NCBI RefSeq assembly: GCF_006345805.1
Contig: NC_043000.1
Location: forward strand, 91,512,001-91,576,000
DNA length: 64,000 bases
Direction: 5' to 3'
Source: Octopus sinensis
Taxonomy: Eukaryota
Part shown: positions 26,759 to 39,757 of the stretch, one piece after another
How positions within the stretch are numbered: the first letter of the stretch is position 1
Layout: each line of letters starts with the position of its first letter
Program-made: the position numbers and the translations under genes
The notes under the pieces: generated by a model
Told to the model about the DNA's origin: nothing
Database searches by the model: none
What the model saw: only the letters and a program-made list of their open reading frames with translations

Positions 26759-28254
26759 AATAATGATAATAATAATAATAATTATAATAACAATAATCCT
26801 TACTATTATTATTGTTGTTGTTATTACCTCTGTGATTACACCTGTCATTAAGTAGCGCTTTTGTTCCAATGATTATCGTTTCATTAAAAATTCTTGCAGC
26901 AGTAGAATTAGTGGAAGAAGAGATGGGGGTGGCGATGACAAAATATTTCGATATTATGAATTGGGAGGTGAAGGAGCTGAGTGTTGAGTAGCAGGTGTTG
27001 GTGTTGATGGGAGTAATAATGATCACGGGGATAGCGATGGTTGCACTGACAACCAAAAGTATTGGGGGCGAGAAGGAGGAAAAGAAAAATAGGAAGGAAG
27101 ATGGTTGTGATTACAATGAGGAAGATACCATTGCAGTCATCTTGTGACGTTGAAAAGCTGAGTGGAACATAGGAAATGATAACGGTGATTGGGAGAATGA
27201 TGATAGCATCGACAATGATTGTAAGGATGCTGATAGACATGAAGAGAAGGAATGAAGTGATGACTAAAGAAGATGATGATAATGATGATAATAGCATTGA
27301 GGGTAGTGATAATAATCAAGTAGAAACGATCTTGTTTGTCAACACCGAGATGGAATCAGTGATGTCGCAAAGATGTTTCCATTTATTAGTTTATTTATAT
27401 ATTCTTGATATAATATTTTCTGTGTATTTTCTTTTACTTTTCTCTATCATAATTTCAAATTTCTTCGGATTAGGCATGGCAAATCTTTTCTGGTGCTACT
27501 AAAAAGACCTCTACTCATTCGAAATAATTAATTGCATATTGCCTCCATCTACGATCCCTCATCTCATCTATGTTCCTTTCTATTACCATTACTACGAATT
27601 AACCACTTCATACAATCCTTCGTCCTAATTTAATGTACTCCCTCCGTCTCAGCCAACATTTTTTCCTGCCGACAGAAACTTATAGATGTCCAAGCTACAA
27701 ACCAATCATCTGACCATGATCCATCTCAATAACCCTGCAAATCTTACAAAATTTCTTTCCGTCTCCTCCCTTCGCTTTCCCTCTCTCTCTCTTAAACAAA
27801 ATAGGTAAAATATCATTTAAACATAATAATGAAATAAAATGGTTCCATTTGCTTAAAGCAGAACTCAATTACAAACTTCTACGCTATGACTCGTAATGTT
27901 TATTGCACAAACAACGTAATGATGTACCTCATTACTAGTGCCATAGAGACAGTTTCGCATTTTCCTGATGCCTATCCACAACATGAAAGAAGATAATCCT
28001 TTCTTTGAAAGCCATAACGTCAACAAATGAAACTACCCTTTAGTGACTTCTTTGAGAAACACTGTATGCTTGTCATAGAATTTTCGGAGGTGAACTCAAA
28101 GGTATTTTCCCCTTATTTGACTTCTTATATTTTTAAACGATACTGATGGGTTAGATATAGGTAAGTGAGGCACATCTACCAGGGAGCTCAGACCATAAAG
28201 TATCGGAATATCATAAGTCTAGCTGCTTTAACAATTCTACCAATCCATTGATTC

Positions 28255-28650
28255 TTTATTTTATTGATCTTGAGAGGATAAAAGGCAATATTAACCCGGG
28301 GTGGATTTGAACCTAGAATATAAAAAGTCCGATGCAAAGCATTTTGTCCAATTCCCTGGCAATTTTGTCAACCCATACCCCTTGACTGCTACTTTATTTT
28401 ATTGACACTGGAAGGATAAAAGACAACATCGAACTCGATACGATTTTACCTTAGAATTTAAAGAACCGAAATAAATACTATAAGGTACTTTCTTCATATC
28501 TATAATCATTCGGCTAATCCTACATCCTTGTTGTGATTTTTGCTTATTGACTCCAGAAGGAGGAAAGGCTAAGTTAGTTTTGAACTCAGAACATGACGAC
28601 TCAGTGAAAGTATTTCAAAGTATCTTGTCCAACCCTCTCACAATTCTGCT
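28255..28650 (-). repeat. Three highly diverged tandem SINE-A core-like units
   Basis: ttttattgac..gaaggat.aaaggc and gaac.tagaa motifs recur about every 135 bp. Confidence 0.45.
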
Positions 28651-29163
28651 AATATATTTCTATCATATAAAGCACAGTTAAGTATAACAACCGCTAATTT
28701 GAAAGCCGTATCGATATAAATTACGTCTGGCCGTTCAACTGCCAAATGCTATAACACTACTCTATCAGGGTTGACTATTTAACTACTAAAATTACAAAGT
28801 TATGCATTTCACCTGTTCGATCGGTGATTACTAATATAGAATAGGTCTGCTGGTCATTAACTGAGAGCTACAAAAATGCAATAATGAGAATAACCACAAT
28901 GCTTTTTAAGGTGCAATGGAATAAATGATTGCGTGACAAAAGTAGGATAGTTCTATGGTTCTCAGACTGATAAATAACAGTCCACTCATTAAATATTAAT
29001 AAACTTCTGCGCTAATTTCTTCTTTATTAATGAGTAAACAAAACAGAGTTTGTATCTGTTTATTATGGTTTTGGATAAGTTTCAAAAATTTAAAAACATC
29101 CTAATTTCACTAATTATGACAATACGTTCGTGCTTCTTTTACAATCCTCAGACCATCACGCCT

Positions 29164-29350
29164 ATGGGAGACATTGGAATTGATAAGAGAGGGAGGCTGG
29201 TGCACAAAACATTCAGTTCGTCATTCAATCTTAGTTACTTTTTGATGCGGAGAAAAAAAGCTATGCTTGTTTTTTGTGTTGTTTTCATCACCTACCTTTT
29301 GTTTTCGTCACCTACCTCCCAGCATTGTTATAACAACAGTTGTAATACCG
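29164..29350 (+). CDS. Candidate coding exon: N-terminus of a type II membrane protein (end uncertain)
   Basis: Acceptor tgcttcttttacaatcctcag| at 29151; cctATGG start; MGDIGIDKRG...MRRKKAMLVFCVVFITYLLFSSPTSQHC (basic patch, then a hydrophobic helix). No strong donor and no family recognised. Confidence 0.25.
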
Positions 29351-30289
29351 TAGGCTATGTCTTTGGAGTAGATTCTGCCACACAACTGAAAATGACGTTC
29401 TTTTATAATTTCCGTAATTCTCATGAAGATATTTATTCGTAGATTACACCTTATAGCCTAAAGTTCAAACTGTCCTTTTTATTTCATTTTTCATGAAACA
29501 AAAAACACTAATATAGGATATCTATCATAAAATTCATTTCCATCCTTTCTCTTTTTTCATCGGACATAGCATATCAAGGAATGCATTATCCAGTAATATT
29601 CCTCATTCTATAATACAGCAATGTATATTCGGATGGAAAATTCCCTGATATTGTTTTACCTCCGCTCACTCCTCATTAAACAAATCTATCATCGAAGACG
29701 TTTCAGTCATAACCATCTCAACTTTTCAGATTGGCTTTCCTTGTGACACAAGTGTGTGATTTGAGGAAATTTCACTATTTTGTTTAGATGTGTATCACTT
29801 GTCTAGCTTTGGCTGCTATTTATCTCAATAAAAAGATCCTGAAATCTTATTTTGCTATTATATCAAGTTAACAATGATTGTAATGTATTTCATATTAGCT
29901 TCTCTGTTTATTTTCATTTTTTAAGAAATTAATTATTTCTGGTATCATACTTTCTTAATTTTTTTCAACAAGTTTAAAAGTTTACGAACAAAAAAAAAGG
30001 AAACAGTTTTAGGGAAAATTTTCAATCAGTTATTGAAATGAGAAATGTAAATTTTTCGCAACTTCAAAGAGAACTAGATAAAAGATATAAAAACAATGAA
30101 GTTTAAGAAGAAATTACATTATCAGCGATTTTATTCGTGATCAGAAGATTTAGATAAAAAGTAATATTAATAAGGCTTAAACATTCACCACAATAATCAT
30201 AAATAAAGAATATAATAAAAAAATATCTTACTGCAGTATCAACATTTTGTTGAAATCAGCTCGAAAACTAAACTGTAGAAGAGAATATA

Positions 30290-30782
30290 CAGTGATCGCT
30301 CGCTACTTCGCGGTTCAACTATCGCAGATTCACGAATTCGCGGATTTTATAAATATATATATATGAACGCCTAAAATTTTTCATTAAATCCATTAAAATA
30401 ATAATAAATATTATTTCCTAGTCTCGGAACAACAAAACAAGCGTAAAATAGCAAAAAAGCATATACAGGGGTATTTGAACTTAAGACGGGCTGTGATTTG
30501 TGCAATGGAGAGAGACGACGAATCGCAGCTTTCTATTTTGTAATCTGGCCTGTGTAACAGTAACAATCTTTATTTTTTAAAATCTAAAGCATTATTGCTT
30601 AGCAGTTGTCCTTGTTATTAATAGACTACTGTAATGGGTGGGTTGTTAACAGTACAGGGAGGATTTTAAAAGTCCAAATACACGTTAAATAAATACTGTA
30701 AGTAGGTGTCCCTACTTCGCGGAAATTCAGTTATCGCGGCCGGTCTTGGAACCAATCTACCGCGATAAACGAAGGATCACTG
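30290..30782. mobile_element. Tigger/pogo-type MITE
   Basis: TA TSD. TIRs CAGTGATCGCTCGCTACTTCGCGG and the reverse complement CAGTGATCCTTCGTTTATCGCGG; no ORF. Confidence 0.85.
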
Positions 30783-30907
30783 TATGTAGAAATGTACATA
30801 CATACATACATACATACATCCAAACATACAAACATGCAACCAGTCGCCATGCTTGATCACTAAATCCACAAGTTTTTTTAATTCTCTCTGTTTAATTTTT
30901 CCTCTTC

Positions 30908-30943
30908 CTTTCTGTTGAAGAGCGTAGGCTCGAAACATAAAAA
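30908..30943 (+). ncRNA. Degenerate minimal hammerhead-like motif (variant core)
   Basis: cttt CTGTTGAA GAGC gtag GCTC GAAA CA TA aaaa: stem II is perfect, the core and stem III deviate. Confidence 0.25.
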
Positions 30944-31421
30944 ACTTTCTCACTTTCTCGGGCGTCGAACTAATTCATCTGCTTGTTGTTCATACACCTA
31001 TCTTCGTCTTTTGTTTTCTGTAAATTTCAGCTACATGTATATATATATATGCGTGCGTGTGTGTGTGTGTGTGTATGTGTGTGTGTGTGTGTACGCACAG
31101 AGCTGGATTTACAGGGGATCGAAGAGGGCAATTTCCCTGGGCATCCACGGATGTAGAGCCCTCCTGCTATGAAGAGTATGTAGCACACAATATAGGGTCC
31201 CCCCACCTCTCAGCAATCCTGCATGCAGAGGCTCTCCTTCAACAAGCATATCTTATAAAATGTAATGGACCCTCTATTTTGATAAACAACCAGTTTTTAC
31301 TACATTAGTGACATCAGTTCATTCAATTAAAAAACACTTTGCTACCTATTCCCAAAGCAGTCACAATTCTCATGGGAATTAATTGTAGTTCCTTTTGGGA
31401 CATCTGTGAGTGTGTTTGTGT

Positions 31422-31452
<31 letters not shown>

Positions 31453-31479
31453 TATGGATGTATATAAAGATAAAGAGAT

Positions 31480-31855
31480 TTACTCTTTTACTCTTTTACT
31501 TGTTGCAGTAATTTGACTGTGGCCATGCTGGAGCACCGCCTTTAGTCGAGCCAATAGATACCAGGATTTATTCTTTGTAAGCCTAGTACTTATTCTATCG
31601 GTCTATTTTGCCGAACCGCTAACTTACGGGGACGTAAATACACCAGCATCGGTTGTCAAGCGATGTTGAGGCGGACAAACACAGACACACGCACACACAT
31701 ATACATATACATATATACGACGGGCTTCTTTCAATTTCCGTCTACCAAATCCACTCACAAGGCTTTGGTCGGCCCGAGGCTATAGTAGAAGACACTTGCA
31801 CAAGGTGCTACGCAGTGGAACTGAACCCGGAACCATGTGGTTGGTAAGCAAGCTA
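31480..31855 (-). mobile_element. SINE-C
   Basis: Full reverse-complement match, including the (GTAAAAGA)n 3' end. Confidence 0.85.
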
Positions 31856-31989
31856 TTATCTCTAGTTCAAATTCTTTCTTTCAATACATGACTGAGCACA
31901 ACGATCTTAGATTGACGACTGGCCATTAAACACACACACACACGCACACACACACACAAATAAGTATACACTTATATTGTCATTGTATA

Positions 31990-33980
31990 CTTCATTATTT
32001 CACTGAGGTATTGAAAACTGATCTTATTTTAGGAAAGAGCAAGTATTGTATATATGTTCCAAAATTAAAATTTTAAATTTAGTTTTAATTATGAAATTAC
32101 ATCTCTCAACAGCTCAAAGCATTTTAGGATTATTGTTTTTATGCTCACATATTTTCATTAAACCGAATCATTTTCTTTCTTTCTTGTTCACTATTTTCTG
32201 TCTTTCTTTTTCAATATTTTTTTCGTCATTTAGGCAAATACTTGAAATAACTCCAGGGAAGTGGGGCAAAATTAGTAACTTTGGCAAAATGAGTTATCAG
32301 TTTCTTATTATTTTCTCACTACTTGTCTGACAACATTACATTGAAAGAATTGCATCACCAGTTTGTACTCTACCACCATCTTTGGGAGTAAACATCGGCC
32401 ACTACCGTTGTAGTTGCAGTTGTGGCAGTTTGAAAACGTTTTGTAATAGGTATATTATTTTCAAAACATTTCTCCTCAACTTTGACCCAGTTGTAATTGA
32501 GGTTGCTAAAAAAATATCTAAATAATTTTGGCTGTTCATCAATCCAAATTCTTTCCTCTGTTGGGCTGCAAGTCAATTTTTTCTCACACTAATGTCTAAT
32601 TTGATAATTTTCAATTTTCCAAAACTAGTATCTACACGGGGCAAAATGAGTTATAACTAATTTCAAAAATCTTTTTAACTGCATGGTGCATAAATGCATC
32701 AGGAAAAATGCCAGGTATCCTTAAGTATCCCATATAGCATCTCATAAATTTTTCTAGTTTTTGGAATTTTCCGAAAATTTTTGCGAATTTGTATTCTACA
32801 CATGTGAATTCGTATTACTATGTAAAATAAAAAGTTATTTGTGTCTGATTTAAGGGCTATTTAGCTGTTATCTATTTAGCTGTTCATGACGCTTTAGTTC
32901 AGTAGTATATGTTTCAAGAGAATTCCCTTGGGAATTTTATGACCAGTTTCATCAGTAAGCATTTTGGACTTTTTAAATTTTTGTCCTTTGTTCTTGCTTT
33001 GAGAAGAAACCTAAGTTCAAACAACTTTTTACAGACCAATTTCTAGACACTATTTTCTAGACCTGGTAAAGTATGTAGGGGTATAAATTTTCATTTTGCA
33101 CCTCTGAAAATTTTTAGTGGATGCAAGTGTACCACCTGCACCTTCTGTTCCCGGGCCCCTGCATCTAACTGTTCCAGCACAAACTCCCTCACCAGGATAT
33201 CACATTGCCTTAACTGATCACAGTTACAAACACACACACGCACATAAACACGCACACACACACATCACCCCCCCCCCACACACACACACATCACCCCCAC
33301 ACACACACACACACATGCACATTTCTGCTTCTGAACTTATTTCAGTGAGGCATTGAAAACTGGTCTTATTTTATGAAACAAGTAAGAAAATGTTCCAAAA
33401 TTTAAATTTTGAATTTAGTTTTAATTATAAAATTATATCTCTCAACAGCTAAAAGCATTCTTTTTCGGTTTAGAATTATTGTATATGTATTCAAATGTTT
33501 TTCATTTAAACAAATCGTTTTACTTTCTTATTTTTCCCTATAGTTTCCGTCATTCTGTCAAACACTTGAAATTACTATATGGAAGTGGAGCAAAATTGGT
33601 AAATGGGTCAAAATGAATAATTTCTGATTTATTGTTATTTTCACCCTACCTGTTTAGAAACCATTACATTGCAATTATTGCATCCCATTTGGGAGTAAGA
33701 ATTGGTTAGTATAACTTATATAGTTGTTGTTGAAGCTGAACGCTTCAAACATAACTGACAGGTACTTTTTCGCTACAAGAAATTTTTCTCCAAATTTGAC
33801 TTGATTGTAATTGAGGTTACTAATATAATATCTGGATAATTTTCGATGTTTAACCATCAATATTCTTTTCTCTGTTTGATTCTGCACAATTTTTTTCCAA
33901 ACAAATATCTAATTTGATAATCTTCAAGCTTTAAAAAGAAAGTCTAAATTAGAGCAAAATGAGTAATGACTAATTTTAGT
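31990..33980. repeat. Diverged direct duplication (~670 bp at 31990-32660 and 33335-33980) of an unclassified DNA-transposon-like remnant
   Basis: Colinear similarity (e.g. tctctcaacagct.aaagcatt) and recurring ggggcaaaatgag motifs; family not identified. Confidence 0.6.
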
Positions 33981-34651
33981 AATTACTTCTCTTTAACCAC
34001 ATAGTTCATAAATATGCATGGAAGAAAGCTACTCCAGCAGATCATGAAAAAGCCAAAGAGAATATTTTATATTGAGTTTTTAGATTTAGTTGGATTTCAT
34101 TCATTTCATATCGTGCTATTTTTCCATGATTCGCTTTCATTTGACCTAGATATTTAAAATTTTTTGTTGCTTTTCTGATCTTTCTGGTGTCTAAGGATGG
34201 ATGTTTATGTGTATGAATCTTTTTTCAAATGTAATTCTGGAGATATGGAAACGGAATTTACTTTATATTGTCTTACTCATTTTGCCCTACCTAGATTTGT
34301 CTTTTATATGCACAAAGAGAAGAGTGATAATTTCCTGAAGTAGTGTCCTGAATGTTATAGGTTATACTGCGTTTAAAGGTCTTTACTTTCCTGATATAGT
34401 TTTTGCAAGGGTGAACATTTGTGAAAAATATTTGTTTTTCAAAGTCAAAAATGCCGTAAATATTACTCAGTGTGCCCACCTACCCCTACTGGAAACTGGA
34501 AAAGCAGGCTTTCAGAAATAGCCGTTTAAATTTTCCTGTTTTTATCAGTATTTCACCCAACTTTTTTATTCACGTATTGCAAAACAATGAAGGGAGGCTA
34601 TTTCAAAAAAGAAGAATCCATGTCTTTTAAATGCTGGTTTCTTCACCCACT

Positions 34652-34697
<46 letters not shown>

Positions 34698-34704
34698 ACA
34701 CTCA

Positions 34705-34843
34705 TTGGTACTTAATTTTTCGACCCTGAAAGGATGAAAGGCAAAGTCCACCTCGGCGGAACTTGAACTCAGAACGTAACGGCAGACGAAATACCGCTCA
34801 ACATTTCTCCCGGCGGGCTAGCGTTTCTGCCAGTTCGCCGCCT
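34705..34843 (-). mobile_element. Partial SINE-A
   Basis: Reverse complement of the head and core. Confidence 0.8.
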
Positions 34844-35726
34844 TATTTCGTAATTTTCTGTCATGTTATTTCACATTCTGAAACATTTCTAACTCACATT
34901 AACTCTTTTGTAACTCTTCCCCACTTCTTTGTACTTTTCACAATGAAAGTAAAGTCAAATGCTGCAAGTGGATGTGAGAAAATCGAAATTTTGAATTTTG
35001 AAAAGTGTACCTAGAAGCGACATTTTAGTCATTATTTAAACTTTCTCTGCTAATTTATCCAATTCAATTACATGAAATAGATGGGTTTAGAGATACAAAT
35101 TTGGTAATTTTCCAAGATCTTAATTCTTGTATATGAATGGTCCACCAAACTTGAAGTGCCCCTTGGTTTAAATCCAGTTTTGTATCTGTATATGGATTAT
35201 ATGTGTATGTGTACATATGAAAGGGACAAAACGCTTTTATACATACTTATACATACTTCATTAAATATATGACGGTACTCAAGTTTTATCCTTAATATTT
35301 TACATCTTAATATTTTTAATCTTTTTAAGTTGATTTGGAACAATTATGTTCCTAAATTATATTCGATGTTTCCAGACCTTCAAAGACTAATTTTCAAGAA
35401 TTGAATCTATAGACCGTTTGTGTAGTTTTTTATGCAGTTTGAATTCGTGTAGACTTTCCCGCAAAAGGTTTTCTGACCGTTAGCACCATACCTCTGGAGT
35501 CACGTGTTGATTTGTTTGTTGCGGTCAAATTTTTGACCATTGAACGGTTAATGTCAGTATCCACACGTAAAAATTAATTATGGAATCCATACTCATACTG
35601 CAATACAATGCCAAAATCAATGCACACACACACACAGCACATGAAACTGTAAAATGAGAGTTTGAAACCATTCGACATAGTAAATGAGAATTTAATGTAC
35701 GTACATGGGACTATCGCATCACCTAC

Positions 35727-35830
35727 CATGTATCTTGAAGAACTTGGTTGGTAACGTTAGTAAACGAGTATCTTTGATATCTTTCGATGAAGGTTATTAT
35801 ATGAGAACAGTTGGATATTATAATGAAGCG
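35727..35830 (-). CDS. Candidate exon of the minus-strand gene (phase 0 to 2)
   Basis: Long pyrimidine tract, tttcatag| acceptor, ATG|GTAGGT donor; RFIIISNCSHIITFIERYQRYSFTNVTNQVLQDT. Confidence 0.25.
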
Positions 35831-36379
35831 CTATGAAATAGCGGGCTGTCGGATAAGATTAGGTATGTAAAAAGAAAAAAAAGAAGCACAGCGTAAGAAA
35901 AGGAAAAAGGAACATGTTGTTACCATCCAATATTTGATCTAGTATACAGAACTAATGTAGCTAGGAACTTCTTAGCTTAAAAGTAGTCATTTTCCGCTAT
36001 GGCAAAAGTATAGAAAGATATTAAATAGGAATTGTTTTAAGGTTAATTATTCGACTTGTTAGAATTTCGCTTATTATATCAGTTGAATGAAAAGAAGAGG
36101 CAGGCAGCAGGTCACTAACGGTCATGCAACTTTAGAATCCATGAGAGCTGCCCATTTGATTTTAACTGTTAGGCAAATTCAATAATGTAAAGCACTAAAG
36201 TGGAAATAAGTAAATGAGATGAGCTTAAAATATATACTAGGGCAACAGAATTAACGTTTAAAAATCGATCCTATAAGCACAAACATACATTTTTCAGCCC
36301 TTATAAAAGAATATGCTATAGCTTTGTTGAAATTTATATGGTTCTTATGTGAGACATATCGTCCTGAACTTAAAAATAC

Positions 36380-36476
36380 CTGGTTGATTGTAGATAAAAC
36401 AGAGTCATACAGAAATGGTAGCTTCAAATATAGAATAAGTGAAACATTGAGAATTTTGGTTCTAAGCACAAATGGT
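36380..36476 (-). CDS. Candidate exon of the minus-strand gene (phase 2 to 0)
   Basis: atttccgttcttgttctcag| acceptor and CAG|GTATTT donor; the only open frame matches the phase of the 37178 exon. Confidence 0.3.
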
Positions 36477-37177
36477 CTGAGAACAAGAACGGAAATATTT
36501 GCGCTTTTTATGAAAGAGACTATGTATTTCATATGTAAATAACAGCCTCCTAGAATTTTTTCCTGTTTCAGGGAGAAAACAACATGAGTTTTGAAACCTT
36601 TGCTATATATGTATAAAAGCTGTTAGCCACCTTCTTCCAATGAGGTTTGTTTAGCCTGGTCTAACAGATCCATACGAATTTCTGTTATTTCTAACACCTC
36701 CGACATTGTGAGTCCTTATCATGTAATGAACGTAGTTATGGAAAAAGTCAGAATTCACCCACGACAACTTTCGGAATAAAATGATCATCTAATTTCGTTT
36801 ATTTTGCCGTTCTTTATTTCGTATACTACATGCTGCACTCCATATAGATATACTAATTAAGTCTACTTGTGTTTATCTGCCTTTTTACTTGCATAACCGC
36901 TGGTCGAGGATCGTTTTTATAGCTAGCATTATACCCATGAAGTTACTGCCAAGATGAAGAAGCTTCAATATAAGTTCTCATTTATGTGAGCACAATTCCG
37001 TGAATATCTATATCACGCTGGCCTTAGCGTTCTCGAACGCACTACAAACACACACACATACACATACACATACAAAATTGCATGTATACATACATACAAT
37101 TATAAGTATTATGGATCACTGAGAGTCCTGATAAATCGTGACAGGAGGGTAGAGTTTATGCAGACATGCAGACTTAC

Positions 37178-37278
37178 CTGAGAGTGTGCATACGTTCGGT
37201 ATACCACTTCTTGAGGTTGTTAGCAGTGTGCTCCTTGTATTGTTCCTTTAGATACCATCCGTGTGAGTGAATGTTGTT
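37178..37278 (-). CDS. Candidate exon of the minus-strand gene (phase 0 to 2)
   Basis: Consensus donor CAG|GTAAGT; NNIHSHGWYLKEQYKEHTANNLKKWYTERMHTL; weak acceptor. Confidence 0.3.
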
Positions 37279-37407
37279 CTATTTATCACAGCATCGATAA
37301 AACACACTACCTCAGCGATCAGATAACTTGATTTCGACATCTGAAGATAGGCTGTTGTGTTAAAATATAGGTACGTGTATATTTTTAGCTCTAGTGATTC
37401 AAACTGT

Positions 37408-37794
37408 GGAGGCGCAATGGCCCAGTGGTTTGGGCAGCGGACTCGCGGTCATAGGATCGCGGTTTCGATTCCCAGACCGGGCGTTGTGAGTGTTTATTGA
37501 GCGAAAACACCTAAAGCTCCACGAGGCTCCGACAGGGGATGGTGGTGATCCCTGCTGTACTCTTTCACCACAACTTTCTCTCACTCTTACTTCCTGTTTC
37601 TGTTGTACCTGTATTTCAAAGGGCCGGCCTTGTCACTCTCTGTGTCACGCTGAATATCCCCGAGAACTACGTTAAGGGTGCACGTGTCTGTGGAGTGCTC
37701 AGCCACTTACACGTTAATTTCACGAGCAGGCTGTTCCGTTGATTCGGATCAACCGGAACCCTCGTCGTCGTAACCTACGGAGTGCTTCCAAGAC
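37408..37794 (+). mobile_element. SINE-B, full length, with 15-bp TSD
   Basis: A/B-box-like head (tggcccagtggtt / ggtttcgattccc). TSD agtgattcaaactgt at 37393-37407 and 37795-37809. Confidence 0.9.
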
Positions 37795-38117
37795 AGTGAT
37801 TCAAACTGTAAGCAATATTACATAAATAACAATAGTTTATCATCGCTGCATATGCGATAAATGGTGATATTTGTCTGTAGTTGTAGTCTGGTACATTACA
37901 GGAGATAAGAAGTTTTTTGTACTTTATGTAATGATGTATAAATTACGATGGGGATGAGATTTAAGCCAGACTACTCTCTACTGACTGACTCATGTCAAAT
38001 GAAGTACGATTATGGAGTCATCATGCAAAATTGTTATTCAAATTATCATGTTAGTGCAGCATTACTGTAGAGAGCGGGACTATTGGAAACGTGTCAGAGA
38101 ACCAAAGAAATGTATAT

Positions 38118-38150
<33 letters not shown>

Positions 38151-38202
38151 GAAAAAACAAGTCAAGATAGAAAATGCTAAAATAATTTTATAAAGAACAT
38201 AT

Positions 38203-38239
38203 CAGTGCCGGTTTCGGTTATTTGAGACCTTTTCAACTG
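38203..38239 (-). ncRNA. Minimal type I hammerhead-like motif (U3-A8 core variant)
   Basis: cag TTGAAAA GGT ctcaaata ACC GAAA CCGG CA ctg: palindromic stem III, U16.1 replaced by C. Confidence 0.45.
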
Positions 38240-38489
38240 TAACAATTAAAAAATTCAATTTAGAATAATTAAAAGAAAAGGTTTTTTTAAAGAATATTTA
38301 TATAGTTTTCAAATATAAGTGGCATTTTCCTTGTTTCTGCCTTTCTCTGTCTCTCTTGTTTACTCTTCAAGGTCCATGTGAATTCTTTGTAGGGAAGAAG
38401 AAGAAGAAGGAGGAGGAGGAGGAAATGCTTTTTAGTATAAAAAGCATTAGTGATAAAGTTAGGAAGAAGAGGGGGAGAAGAAGAAGAAG

Positions 38490-39757
38490 AAGATGAAAAC
38501 TACAGTCAACAAAAAATAATGAGGGATCTAAAATCCATGTTAACCCCATACAAAGAAGGGCTCACCGACAAAGAATATGACTATATGACCAATTTCACAA
38601 GTAAAACCAGCCAATTCTACGGTATTCCCAAGATACACAAAAGTGAGAAAATAAGTAACGCATGCAAGATAACCACACACAAAATAATTAAAGTTCCTAA
38701 TCCTAATGACCTCAAATTGAGACCTATAATAGCAGGTCCCGTATGCGAAACCCACCGCCTGAGTAACTTTTTAGATACCCTCTTAAAACCACTCCTCAAA
38801 CATGTCAAAAGCTATATAAGGGACGACCTGGATATGCTCAATCACCTGCCTAATACTATAAACAAAAACACCCTACTAGTATCCTTCGATGTAGTCAACC
38901 TCTATTCCAATATCCCCCACAACCTAGGAATAGATGCAATTCAATTCTGGCTAGAGAATCACGCCAACGAACTCCCACATCGCATCAAAAAAGAATTCGT
39001 GATAGAAGGGGTTAAATTCATCCTGGAAAATAACTACTTCGCCTTCAAAGACAACTTCTACCGACAAAAATCGGGGACTGCGATGGGTTCGCGAATGGCC
39101 ACCTCCTTTGCCAACCTAGTCATGGGGTATCTAGAAATCAGTCTGTATCGTAAGGTTCTAGAAAGATATGACAGCCCTTTCTCCCTCTACATAGAAAACA
39201 ACTGGAAGATATACCTAGATGACTGTTTCATTCTTTGGCATGAAAATATAGAGAAACTCAAAGAATTCCAAGCAATTTTAAATGGACTGGACGTAAACAT
39301 CCAATTCACGATGGAATATAGCCAGCAACAACTCCTCTTCCTCGACATCCTCATTAAGAAATCTAATAATGTAATAGAAACAGATATATACTACAAGCCT
39401 ACGGATTCTAAGCAACATCTTCCTTTCAATTCATGCCACCCCAGACACGCCAGAATGAATATCCCCTTCAATCTACAAAAAGGATATGTACTATAGTTTC
39501 TAATGCAAACACCAGAGACACACCACTACATGAACTAAAAGATACCCTCATCACCAGGAACTACCTACCTTCACTAATTGACATATGCATTCAACGTGCC
39601 CTTCAACTCAACATCCAGGAACTCAGAAATCCCAAATTAAAGAAAATTTTACGACCAAAAGCCTTACCATACATCTCCACACACAACCCTCTCAACAATG
39701 AAGCCTTCGACACCATCCCCCAAAACATACCCCTGCTACAAAAAGACCACAGAATGA
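38490..39757 (+). pseudogene. Penelope-like reverse transcriptase: 5'-truncated, frameshifted near 39480, GIY-YIG domain absent
   Basis: Motifs LRPIIAG, LVSFDVVNLY, GTAMGSRMA, YLDD, FLD, TDIYYKPTD and SCHP, typical of PLE RTs. Confidence 0.92.

Noticed and set aside
26757-27502. Multi-TM-looking ORFs
   Set aside because: Degenerate (GAT/GGT)n low-complexity sequence.
37408-37490. tRNA genes (A/B boxes at SINE heads)
   Set aside because: They continue into shared SINE bodies with TSDs, and no complete cloverleaf was evident.
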